Positions 29,699 through 40,023 of a stretch of 50,581 nucleotides of DNA are shown here, piece after piece. A program made the position numbers and the translations under genes. The notes under the pieces were generated by a model. The model made no database searches, had not been told where the DNA came from, and was given only the letters and a program-made list of their open reading frames with translations. The number at the start of each line of letters is the position of its first letter. Position 1 is the stretch's first letter. Source of the DNA: an uncultured Planctomycetaceae bacterium (lineage in GTDB: Bacteria > Planctomycetota > Planctomycetia > Planctomycetales > Planctomycetaceae); contig CAXBME010000043.1 in the NCBI GenBank assembly GCA_963976765.1, positions 1 through 50,581 on the forward strand. The letters run 5' to 3'.

Positions 29699-30649
29699 AT
29701 GCGATGCCTGTTTGTTTCGCGATTACTGGCATTACTGCTGGTTCATGCGTCAGTCGTGCTGGCTCAGGAAGCGCCGAGGGACAACAAGGCGGAGAAGCCG
29801 GATTTTCGGAACCCGCCACGGCAGTATGAAGATGTCACGATCGACGACCGAACGTTTGTCGTCGAGGCTCAGCTTCTGAAAGAGGATCCGGCGCTGGCTC
29901 GCAGATCGCTGGTTCGGCTCAAGAAGAACATAGATCTGGCGCTGGAAATCCTGCCGCCTCATTCCCATCAGTTCGTCGCGAAGCAGCAGTTCTGGATGAT
30001 GTACGGGCCGAAGGCGACTGCTGGCGGAAGAGACAATGGCCTTGCGTACTTCCGACCGGGCTCGCCGAAGTTTGACGCCAAACGCGACGAGCGGTGGAAC
30101 AGCGTCGTTGTGGTTTACGACGCGAATAATTACGTCGCGTTGTCTGACCTTTGGGCATTTAAGGCGGTGCTGCACGAACTCGCGCACGCCTACCAGCTTG
30201 AGCAATGGCCGGAGAAGGAGCCGCACATTCTGGCGGCTTACGACAACGCCATGACTCAGAATCTGTATCGCAACGTGAAGAATGACAAAGGCGGTGTCTT
30301 TACTGCGGCGTACGCGACTCAGAACCAGTTGGAATACTTTGCCGAAACTTCGTGTATGTTCTTTGCGAGGTGCAATTATCAGCCTTACCACCGTCTGGAA
30401 CTCAAAGAGTACGACCCGGTCGGCTACGAAATGATCCGTCGCCAGTGGAAGATCGGTGACGAATTCGGCGAGCCTGAACGGCGGGAATGGAAGCTTGGTC
30501 GGTCCACTCGCAAACTGGAGGCGACGTTGAAGTCGTATTCCGACGGAAAAGTGACGCTCGTCGAATCGTCCGGGCAGGAGCGAACGATTTCACTGAAAGC
30601 GTTGCGCGAGCTGGATCAGGACATCGTGAAACGCTGGTTCGGCGAGTAG
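29699..30649 (+). CDS. Secreted HExxH metallopeptidase-like protein with C-terminal SHD1-like domain (paralog of 7378-8157)
   Basis: Signal peptide; LHELAHAY...EYFAE...ELKEYDP; C-terminal REW...EATL...VTL...ISLKALRELDQ matches the SHD1 pattern. Confidence 0.78.
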   Translation: MRCLFVSRLLALLLVHASVVLAQEAPRDNKAEKPDFRNPPRQYEDVTIDDRTFVVEAQLLKEDPALARRSLVRLKKNIDLALEILPPHSHQFVAKQQFWMMYGPKATAGGRDNGLAYFRPGSPKFDAKRDERWNSVVVVYDANNYVALSDLWAFKAVLHELAHAYQLEQWPEKEPHILAAYDNAMTQNLYRNVKNDKGGVFTAAYATQNQLEYFAETSCMFFARCNYQPYHRLELKEYDPVGYEMIRRQWKIGDEFGEPERREWKLGRSTRKLEATLKSYSDGKVTLVESSGQERTISLKALRELDQDIVKRWFGE

Positions 30650-30759
30650 ACTGCGGCTCGCGACCTGCGTCCGCGCGCCCGGCTCACTTTTTCGGCTGAC
30701 GCAAATCCCCATCGACCGATGCCGTTCTCAGGGCGCGTTGGCGATTTCTGGAGAGAACC

Positions 30760-31500
30760 ATGCGATCAGGAAATCCCGCTCTGAATTCGAAGTCATTCGA
30801 AGGCTTTGCCGCCTACGAACCTTCTGCCGCGATGACGATTCAGGGAACGGCAACCAAAACGGCATTGCTGCTGGCGGTCGTCGTGGCGGCGGCCTCGGTC
30901 ACCTGGAATCAGTTTGTCCAGCAGAACCCGATCGTGCAGCCATTGATGATGGGGGGCGCAATCGCCGGCCTGATCACGGCGATCATCACGGTCTTCAAGA
31001 AAGAATGGTCGCCCATCACCACTCCGGTTTACGCGACTGCCGAGGGGCTGTTTCTGGGAGGTCTGTCGGCCTTCTTCGAGATGCGTTATCCGGGCATCGC
31101 GTTCCAGGCCGTTTGCCTGACCTTCGGCACTTTGTTCGGTTTGTTGTTTGCCTATCGGACGGGAATCATTCGCGCGTCCGAGAATTTCAAGCTGGGAATC
31201 TTCGCGGCGACGAGCGGAATCTGTCTGCTGTACTTTGTCGGCTTTGTCATGAGTTTTTTCGGGGCGGGCATTCCCTATATCCACGAGGCAGGGATGATCG
31301 GCATCGGTTTCAGTCTATTCGTCGTGGTGATTGCGGCCCTGAACCTGGTGCTCGATTTTGACTTCATCGAGCAGGGAGCTGCGCACGGAGCTCCCAAATA
31401 CATGGAGTGGTACGGCGCCTTTGGCCTGCTGGTGACACTCGTCTGGCTCTACATCGAAATTCTGCGACTCCTCGCCAAACTGAACAGCCGCCGCGACTGA
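30760..31500 (+). CDS. Bax inhibitor-1/YccA family membrane protein
   Basis: MRSGNPAL...MTIQG; about 7 TM helices; LVLDFDFIE...MEWYGAFGLLVTLVWLYIEILRLL. Confidence 0.92.
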   Translation: MRSGNPALNSKSFEGFAAYEPSAAMTIQGTATKTALLLAVVVAAASVTWNQFVQQNPIVQPLMMGGAIAGLITAIITVFKKEWSPITTPVYATAEGLFLGGLSAFFEMRYPGIAFQAVCLTFGTLFGLLFAYRTGIIRASENFKLGIFAATSGICLLYFVGFVMSFFGAGIPYIHEAGMIGIGFSLFVVVIAALNLVLDFDFIEQGAAHGAPKYMEWYGAFGLLVTLVWLYIEILRLLAKLNSRRD

Positions 31501-31623
31501 ATTCACGCTCAAAAATCGTGCGAGTATCGGCCGCTTAGGGACTAATTCTTTATTTCTGCACGACGGTTGAGCTTGCCGAAAGCGGGCTGCGGAAGGCGGC
31601 AAGAACTGCCCGGTGTGAGTTTC

Positions 31624-31965
31624 TCAGCCTTTGGTGCGGTAGCCGAGTTTTGTCAGTTCGGTGCGGACGCGGTCCAGATTGTTGCCCTGGATTTCGAGTT
31701 CCTCGTCTTTGAGTGTGCCGCCAGCGCCGCAGGCTGACTTCAGTCTGGTGAGCAGTTCGGGCAGATCGTTGCCCTCAGTCGGCAGGCCTCGGACGACGGT
31801 GACAGTTTTCCCCTTCTTCCTCTTCTCGACCGCCAGACGAGCGGTCTGTTTGCCGGGATCGAGTTTCGGATCCGTCTCGGGCGGGCACGTGCAGACTTCC
31901 TCTAATTCGCCGCAGTGTTCGCAGGTGGGAGGTCGGTCAAATTCCGTTCCGGCGAAAAGTCTCAT
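31624..31965 (-). CDS. yciH: SUI1/YciH translation initiation factor-like protein
   Basis: KRKKGKTVTVVRGL...LKSACGAGGT...IQG motif; N-terminal CxxC...CxC; GAAGG RBS. Confidence 0.88.
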   Translation of the reverse strand: MRLFAGTEFDRPPTCEHCGELEEVCTCPPETDPKLDPGKQTARLAVEKRKKGKTVTVVRGLPTEGNDLPELLTRLKSACGAGGTLKDEELEIQGNNLDRVRTELTKLGYRTKG

Positions 31966-32193
31966 GACTGATCCTTCAGTTATTGTCTGTTGGCGCGATC
32001 TTTTGAGCGATCATCACAGGCTGGGGCGAGCCGCAGGCCGTCCCGGCACGACAAGGCTCACAGTGGCGACTTCCGACAGGCTGTTCAACTCTGTGATGAG
32101 ACTTTGCTGTAATGAGAATTCCCTGCCAACGAGACTTCACCTCGGCCAGAAGTGCTCGAAGCGTATTTCCATCTGCTGATTCTCAACAGACCG

Positions 32194-33525
32194 TCAACTG
32201 TGGTTTCGGATCAGATTTAAAAGTCGCGTTCGTTCCGGATGATCCGGTTCCAGATCGAGGACCAGTCGCCACTGCTGGACGGCGTCTTTATACCGGCGAA
32301 CGTCTTCGTATGCGTTACCCAGTTTCAAGTGCAGCGAGGTAGTTTGCGGGCTTTCGTTGACGGCCAGTGCCAGGTGATCGATGTACCGGGTGAGTTGTCC
32401 GGCCTGGTTATAACGATCGGCGACTTGCAGATACCCGTCGACCAGAGCCGACCGGTAGGCTTCCGGGTCGAGCTGCACGGCTGTTTGGAGTTGCTCCAGG
32501 TAAGCATCGTACTTGCGAACTCCGAAGGCACTTTGAGCAAAGTAGAACGCGTACAGAGCCAGATCTTCTTCCGGCACCACGTCGCCGAGTGATTCGTACA
32601 TTTCGTAGGCTCGGTCGTACCGGCGAGCGTTCAGGTAGATATTTGCGAGGAGCATCTGAGTGTCGGCCCGCTCGCCGAGGCCGCCTTCGATGGCCCGCTC
32701 GATGTGGAAGACCGCTGAACGCTGAGGAGCCACTCGAAAAACGTCCTTTTTGCCAGGCACGGCTTCGATGAGATAGAAGTCGCCACTGATCGTGCCAGCC
32801 TTGCCGGCTTTGGTCGTCGCCTCAGAAATGTGCCCGAAGTAGTTCCGCAGGTTGAAGTAGGCCGACGCCAGTTTGTAGTGCAGGACGACGCTGTCGAGGC
32901 CCAGGTTCAACGCGGTTTCGTAAGACCGGGCGGCCAGAGCGAAACGGTTCTCGACCAGATAAATGTTTCCGAGCTGGTAGTGGTCCGGGCCGCTGTCCGG
33001 ATTCAGCTTGATGGCTTCGCGGTAGTACTTTCGTGAGTTCTCGTAGTCGCTCAGGTTGTATGCCGCTTCGGCCAGCATGTGGTACGTTGGGAAATCGTGC
33101 CGGTACTTGAGCAACGGCTCCAGTGTGCTGGTGACGTCTTTCCACTTTTCACGCGAGTAGTAAACTTCAGCCAGCAGCTGCCCGGCTTCGACATGGTCCG
33201 GTGCTTCTTTGAGGATCGCGGCCAGCAGTGTTTCGCTTTGCTCGGGCTTCTTCGCGTAACGATAGGCTTTTGCGAGGTAGAGTCGGTACGACGTCTGTTT
33301 TCCGTCAGCTTCGACCGCCGCCTTCAGCGACGTGATGGCGTCTTCGTATTTGCCTCGAAACAGGGCATCGCGGCCATTGTCGAAGTGAGTTTGCGCGTCG
33401 AGCGTCAGCGTTGCGGTCGAGTCAGGCTTCTTCTTCGTTTCGTCGGGAATGAGTTCTTCTCCGGCGAGGGCTGCAAGTGTGAAACCCGAAATCAGAAGCG
33501 TGAAAGTTGTGATTCGAAAAGTCAT
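32194..33525 (-). CDS. Secreted tetratricopeptide repeat protein
   Basis: Signal peptide; multiple TPR units (for example YQLGNIY, LKLGNAY...VLDLEPDH); GGAG RBS. Confidence 0.88.
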   Translation of the reverse strand: MTFRITTFTLLISGFTLAALAGEELIPDETKKKPDSTATLTLDAQTHFDNGRDALFRGKYEDAITSLKAAVEADGKQTSYRLYLAKAYRYAKKPEQSETLLAAILKEAPDHVEAGQLLAEVYYSREKWKDVTSTLEPLLKYRHDFPTYHMLAEAAYNLSDYENSRKYYREAIKLNPDSGPDHYQLGNIYLVENRFALAARSYETALNLGLDSVVLHYKLASAYFNLRNYFGHISEATTKAGKAGTISGDFYLIEAVPGKKDVFRVAPQRSAVFHIERAIEGGLGERADTQMLLANIYLNARRYDRAYEMYESLGDVVPEEDLALYAFYFAQSAFGVRKYDAYLEQLQTAVQLDPEAYRSALVDGYLQVADRYNQAGQLTRYIDHLALAVNESPQTTSLHLKLGNAYEDVRRYKDAVQQWRLVLDLEPDHPERTRLLNLIRNHS

Positions 33526-33586
33526 GTTCGTTCTCCACGGGCCGTTGTGCGGTTGATTTGTCCAAAAGCGAAGAAGCGAATGTGGT

Positions 33587-36500
33587 TTACAATCGGTAGG
33601 TCTTGATCCAGTTGATCTGGTCTTTGGCTTTTTTCAGCAATGGCCCTTCCGGGAAGTTGTTGACGTAATTGGTGTAGGCATCCATCGCCTGGACCCATTC
33701 GCCGAGGTGTTCGTAGTTTTCGGCGATTGCTGCCTGAGCCTGACCGGCTCGTTCACTCCGTCGATAATTCCGGAAGAATGCCTGATAGGCGACGATGGCC
33801 TTCGCGTGTTCCGCCTGATCTTCCAGGTACTGAGCCATGTTCCAGCTTGCGTCTTCAGCGACAGCCGTGCCGCTGTACTGTCGGACGATTTCTTCCCACG
33901 TCGACATGGCCGCTGCCGAGTCCTTCAATCGTTTGTCGTAAATCTGAGCCATCTGAAGCAACGCGTCGTCTGCCGTGTCAGCAGCCGGAACACTTGCCGC
34001 CTGTCGGAAGCTGGCGACCGCTTTTCGCAACGCAGCGTTGATCTTGTCCTGACGGTCTGCCAGTTGAGCCGCCGAAAGTACCTCTTCCTGCTGCATCGCC
34101 CAGTTCGAAGCATTCAGAGTATTCGCCGCACTGAACTGCAAGGTCTGTCCGGCAAAGTATGCTTCCTTGCTGGCGGCTTCTTCCTGCTTTCCCTGCTTCT
34201 TCAGAGCTGTGATCTGGTCGTTATTTCGCAGCACCTGTCGACGAAGGTTGTCCTGAGCGATGTGATAGGCCTGCCGCTGGGCGATGTCCTTGGCTATTTC
34301 CTGAGACTTGCCTCGGTCGACAGCCGTCAGGCGATCCGCTTCGCTGACATAGCTCATGCCGACCATCAGTAACGCGTCATCAGCCAGCGGACTTTCCGGA
34401 TAACTGTTGGCCGCTTCGAGCAGCGCTGCGCGAGCCAGTTCAGTCTCGCCGAGTTCCAGATAGATTTCGCCGATCTCGAACAAGGCGTCGTCAGCGAGAT
34501 GACTTTTCGGCCAGTTCTTCGCGACCTTGCGGTATTCGATGTTCGCTTTCACCGGATTTGCCAATTGCGTTCGAACGATCGCCGCCATCTGATACTGAGC
34601 ATCGAAGGCTTTGCGTTGACCAGGCTCGTCGATCACATCCTGGAAGCGATCGAGCGTCTTCAGGACTTCGATCCGGCGAGCCGCTTCGACGATGCGAGTG
34701 TCCTTCGGATAAGCCTGCTGGAATTCGGCGTACGCTCCCATGGCTTCCGGCCAGAGACTCAGGTTGATCGTGCATTCGGCGATCGACCAGCGAGCTTCCG
34801 TCGTCCACGTTCCAGTTGGGAATTCATCAATGACGCGACGGTAAGCGGCGATGGCGTCTTCCCAGACTTCGTTGGCCTGGTGAATCTGTCCGATCATCGT
34901 CAGCGACTGACCAGCGTTGGCGTGTGCCGGGAAGCTGTCGACGAAAGTCTGCAGAACATGCAGCGACTCGATCCACCGCTTCTCATTTTTCAGCGTGACA
35001 GCGATCTGATAGATCGTGTTCTGAACATCGGCGTCGTTGCCGCCGCGAGCGAAGTTGAGTTCCAGGAACGCTTCCGCCGCTCGCAACGGCTGCCCGAGTC
35101 GTTGCCACGTCTGAGCAATTCTCAATGCCGACTGATCGGCGAGGCTGTGGGTTGGGTAGTGAATCTGAATTTCGTTCCAGACGCTGATCGCTTCGTCGTT
35201 GTAACTGTGGTCGGCGAGTTCTTCGCTGATTCCCCACAGCATATTCGGAATCGTGCCGATCTGCGGATGGTCGTGAAAGAGCTCCGAAACTCGCAGAAGT
35301 TCCGTGGCTGCTCGAACAAACTGACCGCGGGCGAGCGTCGGACTGGAGGCCGCGACAACTCTGGCCTGCGTGAGAAAGCTGGTTGCGATGTCCCACTGAG
35401 CCTGCTGCCGCACTGCCGTTTCGTCCGGAAAGGCGACGATAATTTCCTGCAGTTCTTCCCGTGCCGTTTCGAAGCGGCTTGAGATCTCCGTGAGCAGTTC
35501 TTCGCGATCGAGTTTTAGATCACGCACACCGACCGACGCCCACGCCAGCCAGTCGCGAGCGGCATCCTGGCGAATTTTCGGAAGGTCGATGTCGGTCGGA
35601 TTGTCGGTCAGAAATCTGCGAGCCAGTTTTGCGGCGCGGTCCCATTCGGAGATTTCCCGCCAGTGATTCACGATGACGAAAACTTCGTCGCGAGCCTGAT
35701 CAGCGGTCTTTGAGTCCGCGTACTTCCTGCGGATCGTCTGCAACGCTTCGTAGACGGCGTCGAGCACCTCTTGCTGACGATCCAGTTCCGCGGCAGAGAG
35801 CAATTCAATTTCCGCGCCTCCTTCACCGGGCTCCTGAGCGGCACCAGCCTGATTCGGCATTGCTGATCTGGTCTTTGTGCGAGCAAACAGAGCCTTGTCA
35901 CGCAGCATTGCAACCTGCTGAGCCTGACGATCCAGCTGCGTCCGCACGGCGGCCAGCAGCCGAGCGTCGGATTCCTGTCGAAAACGATTGCCGAAATCGG
36001 CGGTTTCGCGACTGGTTCCGAATCCACCACCGATTCCGCCAGCCCGGCCAACTGCATCCAAAGTCAGCTTTGAATAATCTTCCGATGAATTACCTGCTGG
36101 ACGCTCGGCAGGTTTTGCTTCAGCTTTCCGCTGAGCAACTGATTCATTATTCCCCGGAGCCGGTATCCGCGGGCCACTCGCCGGATCTGCTGTTGCCGGC
36201 GGTTGTGGCGAGTTGATTTCTGAAGCGTTTAATGTCTCAATGGAGCGATCGATTGAAGCAACTGCCTCCAGCAGCCCCGTGATTCTCAATTGGTCGTCGT
36301 ACTTTTTACCGTCACCGGTCGATGCTTCCACGATTGCCAGCGCCGTCAATACGGTGCGTGCATGATCGGGAAGAACCTTGCCGAGCTGGCAGATTGCCTG
36401 CGCGATTTCCAGCCGCTCGGGGGATTGCAGTGGCAACTTCAAAGCGAGCAGCGCGGCGTACGTTGAATCGGCCACGTCCCACGCATCCGCCGCCGCATAC

Positions 36501-39500
36501 TCCTGCGCGATGGCCATGATTCTGCCGATGGCCATTTGAGCGACCGGTCGCTGCTGATAATCGGCAATCACTTTCTGCCACGCCGCCTGAGCCGATTTGA
36601 ATTCGTCGCTCAACGCCACTGGCGGTGGAGCATCGTCTGGTTGGGCATCATTCGATTCCTGAAATGACGTGGACGCCCGAGTGTGCAATGCCGTCGCGCG
36701 AGCCATCGCCGCCCGTTCGGGATACGTCGACCTGCCAGGCAATGCCTGCTTGAGTGAATCGACTTTCAAAGCGAACTGTTCGAAGTCCTGATAAATCTGC
36801 GCCGCGATCAGCGACGCCTGCTGCTGCTCGAACCGTTTCCCGATGACGAAGATTCCGTCAGCCGCCGTGGAAGCTCGCTTGCTCGTCGGGTGGTCGGTAA
36901 TGAACTTCTTCAAAGCGGCGATGGCTTCGTTGAACGCCGGAGTCAGCACGATCTGCTTTTTCCCGTCGTGCGTCTGAAGCTGCTGAGCCAGTTGCCGCTC
37001 GGCGATCTGTCGTTTCAGAGCGGCGAGTTCCAGTTCGGCTTCTTCGTCAAGATCGGCGATTGCCGGTTCGGCTTGGACTTTGATCGCGGCCTCGGCCACG
37101 TCTTCATACTTCAGGGCGAGGTAGTGATCGATGATCTGAATTCGCAAAGTCCGAACGTCGGCCAGCAACGGATCGCCCGCTCCCAGACTTCCGGCCAGCC
37201 GATAACACTCTTCCAGAGCCTGCTTCGAGCGAGCGTCGAGCGCTCTGGTCACCTGAAAACCATTCGAACTGGTTTGCGTGTGAGACCTGAGAACCTGGTT
37301 GAACCACAGCCGGGCCAGCGCGAGTCTGGCCTGACGCTGAGTCGCTGGTGGCAGATCGGCGGCGAACGTCTCAAACGCCGTTTCAACGACCCCATCGTGG
37401 CCGGTAGCAGACCATTTCTGAAGATGTGCCGTCAGCTTCTGAAGAGACACGCCGGCTAATGACGGTCGCAACTTCGCCGCTTCAGTCAGCTCCTTGAGAA
37501 TCGTCGCTTGCGTTTCCGACAGCTTGGAGTTTTTCAGATCTTCACCGGACTTCACATTGTCATCGAAAGTCCGGGCGGCATCAGCGATCAGCAGGTCAAC
37601 GTGTTTCAATAATTCATCTGCGCGGATATCCGAGTCCGGAGCAATTTCCAGCAGCAGCATTTCCTGAGCCAACGCAGCCAGCCGTTTCGCATCCGGTTGA
37701 GTGATCGCTGACAACTCGGCGAGCACTCGATCGACCGCTTCGTGAGCCCGCGCGACCGACTTTGCGTCCGCATTCGCCGCCAGGACGCGAGAAGCCAGAC
37801 TCAGTGCCCAGCCGTGCGACGCTTTGTACGTTCTGATTTTCGATGGCCACGGCACGGACTTCGTCTGGTCAAGGATGTGATTCGCCAGTTCCGCCTGGAT
37901 GAACCAGGCTGGCGAAGCGGGATATTCTTTGTTGATCAGATCGGCTGTGTCGGAAGCAGCCTTCAGTGAGGCCGGCATCGGGGCGGTTTCTTTCTGGATA
38001 AGCCCCGCCGCGACGGCGACTTTCAGATCCGACAGTGCCAGTTGACGCTGAAGGTCGAGCACAGTGGTCATCAGGTTTGCTCGGTTGACCGGCAGTTCGA
38101 GTAAGACCAGACGTTGCAGCCCGTCGATGCCGGCGGCCTTGGCGCCGCGTTCGAAGTAGTGATTCTTAAAATGATTTCCCAGATCGTGAACGAGTTTGGT
38201 GACATCCGCTGATCCCTTAAGTTTTGGAGCTAACTCGGTCGCCGCAGCAAGAGCCTTCAGGTCTGCTGTGCTCAGTTCGTCGTCTTCGTCGGGAAAACCT
38301 GCACGACGAGTGACATTCACATAGCCAAAAATCAATGCCCGGCGAGCGTCCAGCTCTTTGGGATGCCCGATGTTTTCCTTGATCCACTTTGCCAGAGCGT
38401 CGGGGCTGACAATTGCTTCGCCCATGTTGCGGTTGATCTGGTCGAATTCAGCGTGAGCTTCCGCCTCGTCGACTCGTTTTTGTGAAGCGGCCAGTAAAAC
38501 GTCGGCAGCTTCCGGCAACGGCAGCTCGCGGATCAGCTTCAGTCCGGTCTGCGCGGCCGAAAAGCCTCGAATTGCCAGATACTTCTTTTCGAAATGTTCG
38601 ATCAGAGTTTTGGCTAACGTGAGTTGATCATCTGGATCGACAAACGCTTTCAAAGCGAACGCGGCAGCGGCCAGAGCCGACTTGTCATTCTCATTAAGTT
38701 CGGCATCCGGTCGCGAGCCAATGGGTGGGCGAGACGTCGCCAGAAATCGAGTGACGCTGTCTCGAAGTGCCAATCGTGCTCGACTTGCGGCGCCCAGTGA
38801 ACCGTTCTTTTCAATCCATGCCGCCACGTCGGCGACAACGTCGGATCCATGTTCAAGTCGGTAAAGCAGAAGTTCCAGTTCGGCGATCGATCCATCCGGA
38901 GCACCTTTCGCTTCGCCGGCAATCTTCTGCAGTTCTGCCAGGCCCGCACTCGTTGATTCCCCACCGACGAGGAGCTGGGCTCTGGCTTTCAGAATGCGAA
39001 CTGGTAATGTGATGGCTGCGTCGGCGCTTCGAATGCTCAACTCGTTGAGAGCCGTAAGAGCTTCGGAGCCTTTTCCATCAAGCAGTTCGACTTCGGCCTG
39101 CAATGTCAGCACTTTCTGGAGCTGCTCGCCGGTCAGTGGCGATCCAGTTCGGAGTGTCGCCAGTTCGGTCCGCGCGGGCTTCGTCTGCCCCTGAGCAGTC
39201 AGGGCCGCCGCCAGCCGGATTCTGTTATCGATGCTGGAGATTCGACCTTCCAGTGATGCGACCATCCGTTTTGCGTACTCATGATTCGGAGCCAGTTTCA
39301 ACAGCGTTCGCCAGGAAGTCAGCGCCTGATCCAGCTCGCCGAGTTGAAACTGAGCTTTCCCCAGCAGCAGCCAGACGTCGGGATTTTTCTGGTCAGTCTG
39401 CGACGCTTGTGAGGCGAGATTGCGGGCTGCATCGAATCGCTCAGCCTGGTAGGCGTCACGAGCGTCCTTTAAAGCCGTTTCTGCATCAGACTGAGCCTGC

Positions 39501-39571
39501 AGATCGGCGACGGATGAAAGCAGCAGGCAACCCGCCAGGGCAACGGTCGTCAGCTTGCAAAGGCGACTCAT
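33587..39571 (-). CDS. Giant secreted TPR/alpha-solenoid protein with BamD/YfiO-like TPR repeats (1994 aa)
   Basis: Signal peptide ending LQA; N-terminal TPRs; many (Y/F)Pxxxx(A/D)DxA-type repeats in the C-terminal third; GGAG RBS. Confidence 0.88.
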   Translation of the reverse strand: MSRLCKLTTVALAGCLLLSSVADLQAQSDAETALKDARDAYQAERFDAARNLASQASQTDQKNPDVWLLLGKAQFQLGELDQALTSWRTLLKLAPNHEYAKRMVASLEGRISSIDNRIRLAAALTAQGQTKPARTELATLRTGSPLTGEQLQKVLTLQAEVELLDGKGSEALTALNELSIRSADAAITLPVRILKARAQLLVGGESTSAGLAELQKIAGEAKGAPDGSIAELELLLYRLEHGSDVVADVAAWIEKNGSLGAASRARLALRDSVTRFLATSRPPIGSRPDAELNENDKSALAAAAFALKAFVDPDDQLTLAKTLIEHFEKKYLAIRGFSAAQTGLKLIRELPLPEAADVLLAASQKRVDEAEAHAEFDQINRNMGEAIVSPDALAKWIKENIGHPKELDARRALIFGYVNVTRRAGFPDEDDELSTADLKALAAATELAPKLKGSADVTKLVHDLGNHFKNHYFERGAKAAGIDGLQRLVLLELPVNRANLMTTVLDLQRQLALSDLKVAVAAGLIQKETAPMPASLKAASDTADLINKEYPASPAWFIQAELANHILDQTKSVPWPSKIRTYKASHGWALSLASRVLAANADAKSVARAHEAVDRVLAELSAITQPDAKRLAALAQEMLLLEIAPDSDIRADELLKHVDLLIADAARTFDDNVKSGEDLKNSKLSETQATILKELTEAAKLRPSLAGVSLQKLTAHLQKWSATGHDGVVETAFETFAADLPPATQRQARLALARLWFNQVLRSHTQTSSNGFQVTRALDARSKQALEECYRLAGSLGAGDPLLADVRTLRIQIIDHYLALKYEDVAEAAIKVQAEPAIADLDEEAELELAALKRQIAERQLAQQLQTHDGKKQIVLTPAFNEAIAALKKFITDHPTSKRASTAADGIFVIGKRFEQQQASLIAAQIYQDFEQFALKVDSLKQALPGRSTYPERAAMARATALHTRASTSFQESNDAQPDDAPPPVALSDEFKSAQAAWQKVIADYQQRPVAQMAIGRIMAIAQEYAAADAWDVADSTYAALLALKLPLQSPERLEIAQAICQLGKVLPDHARTVLTALAIVEASTGDGKKYDDQLRITGLLEAVASIDRSIETLNASEINSPQPPATADPASGPRIPAPGNNESVAQRKAEAKPAERPAGNSSEDYSKLTLDAVGRAGGIGGGFGTSRETADFGNRFRQESDARLLAAVRTQLDRQAQQVAMLRDKALFARTKTRSAMPNQAGAAQEPGEGGAEIELLSAAELDRQQEVLDAVYEALQTIRRKYADSKTADQARDEVFVIVNHWREISEWDRAAKLARRFLTDNPTDIDLPKIRQDAARDWLAWASVGVRDLKLDREELLTEISSRFETAREELQEIIVAFPDETAVRQQAQWDIATSFLTQARVVAASSPTLARGQFVRAATELLRVSELFHDHPQIGTIPNMLWGISEELADHSYNDEAISVWNEIQIHYPTHSLADQSALRIAQTWQRLGQPLRAAEAFLELNFARGGNDADVQNTIYQIAVTLKNEKRWIESLHVLQTFVDSFPAHANAGQSLTMIGQIHQANEVWEDAIAAYRRVIDEFPTGTWTTEARWSIAECTINLSLWPEAMGAYAEFQQAYPKDTRIVEAARRIEVLKTLDRFQDVIDEPGQRKAFDAQYQMAAIVRTQLANPVKANIEYRKVAKNWPKSHLADDALFEIGEIYLELGETELARAALLEAANSYPESPLADDALLMVGMSYVSEADRLTAVDRGKSQEIAKDIAQRQAYHIAQDNLRRQVLRNNDQITALKKQGKQEEAASKEAYFAGQTLQFSAANTLNASNWAMQQEEVLSAAQLADRQDKINAALRKAVASFRQAASVPAADTADDALLQMAQIYDKRLKDSAAAMSTWEEIVRQYSGTAVAEDASWNMAQYLEDQAEHAKAIVAYQAFFRNYRRSERAGQAQAAIAENYEHLGEWVQAMDAYTNYVNNFPEGPLLKKAKDQINWIKTYRL

Positions 39572-40023
39572 TCGATGTCTCCCGAATGTTGGTGCAGGAA
39601 GTGGGGCAGTGGTGCGTTCAACGACTGAGCAACTGCCTCGGCATGTTAAGAGTCATCCCGATTGAACGTGTCAGTCGGCTGTAAAACCTTTGTGAGAAAT
39701 CTGTCAGAACATTCAGAGCCCGTACGCGATCCTGGCAACGGAAGGGTGACAGCTTTCGAATCTTCACAAGGAGTTACGGACGCCCCGTTACCGTGCAACG
39801 GATCAACTCAACAATCTATTAGGGGCGATCTTTCAGATTCCTGAATCTCCACCGACATTAATCCGTCTGGAGACGTCACTCTTTCGGCGAGTAATCCAGC
39901 CAGGCTTCCACATCCGTCACGCGGGCGTATCGCAAAGTTTTTCCGTGACCTTGTTCATCAGATATTCGCCTGACTATGTTGGCTGGTCGAAACTGAACCG
40001 ACTCAACGACCGGGAGCATGAAC

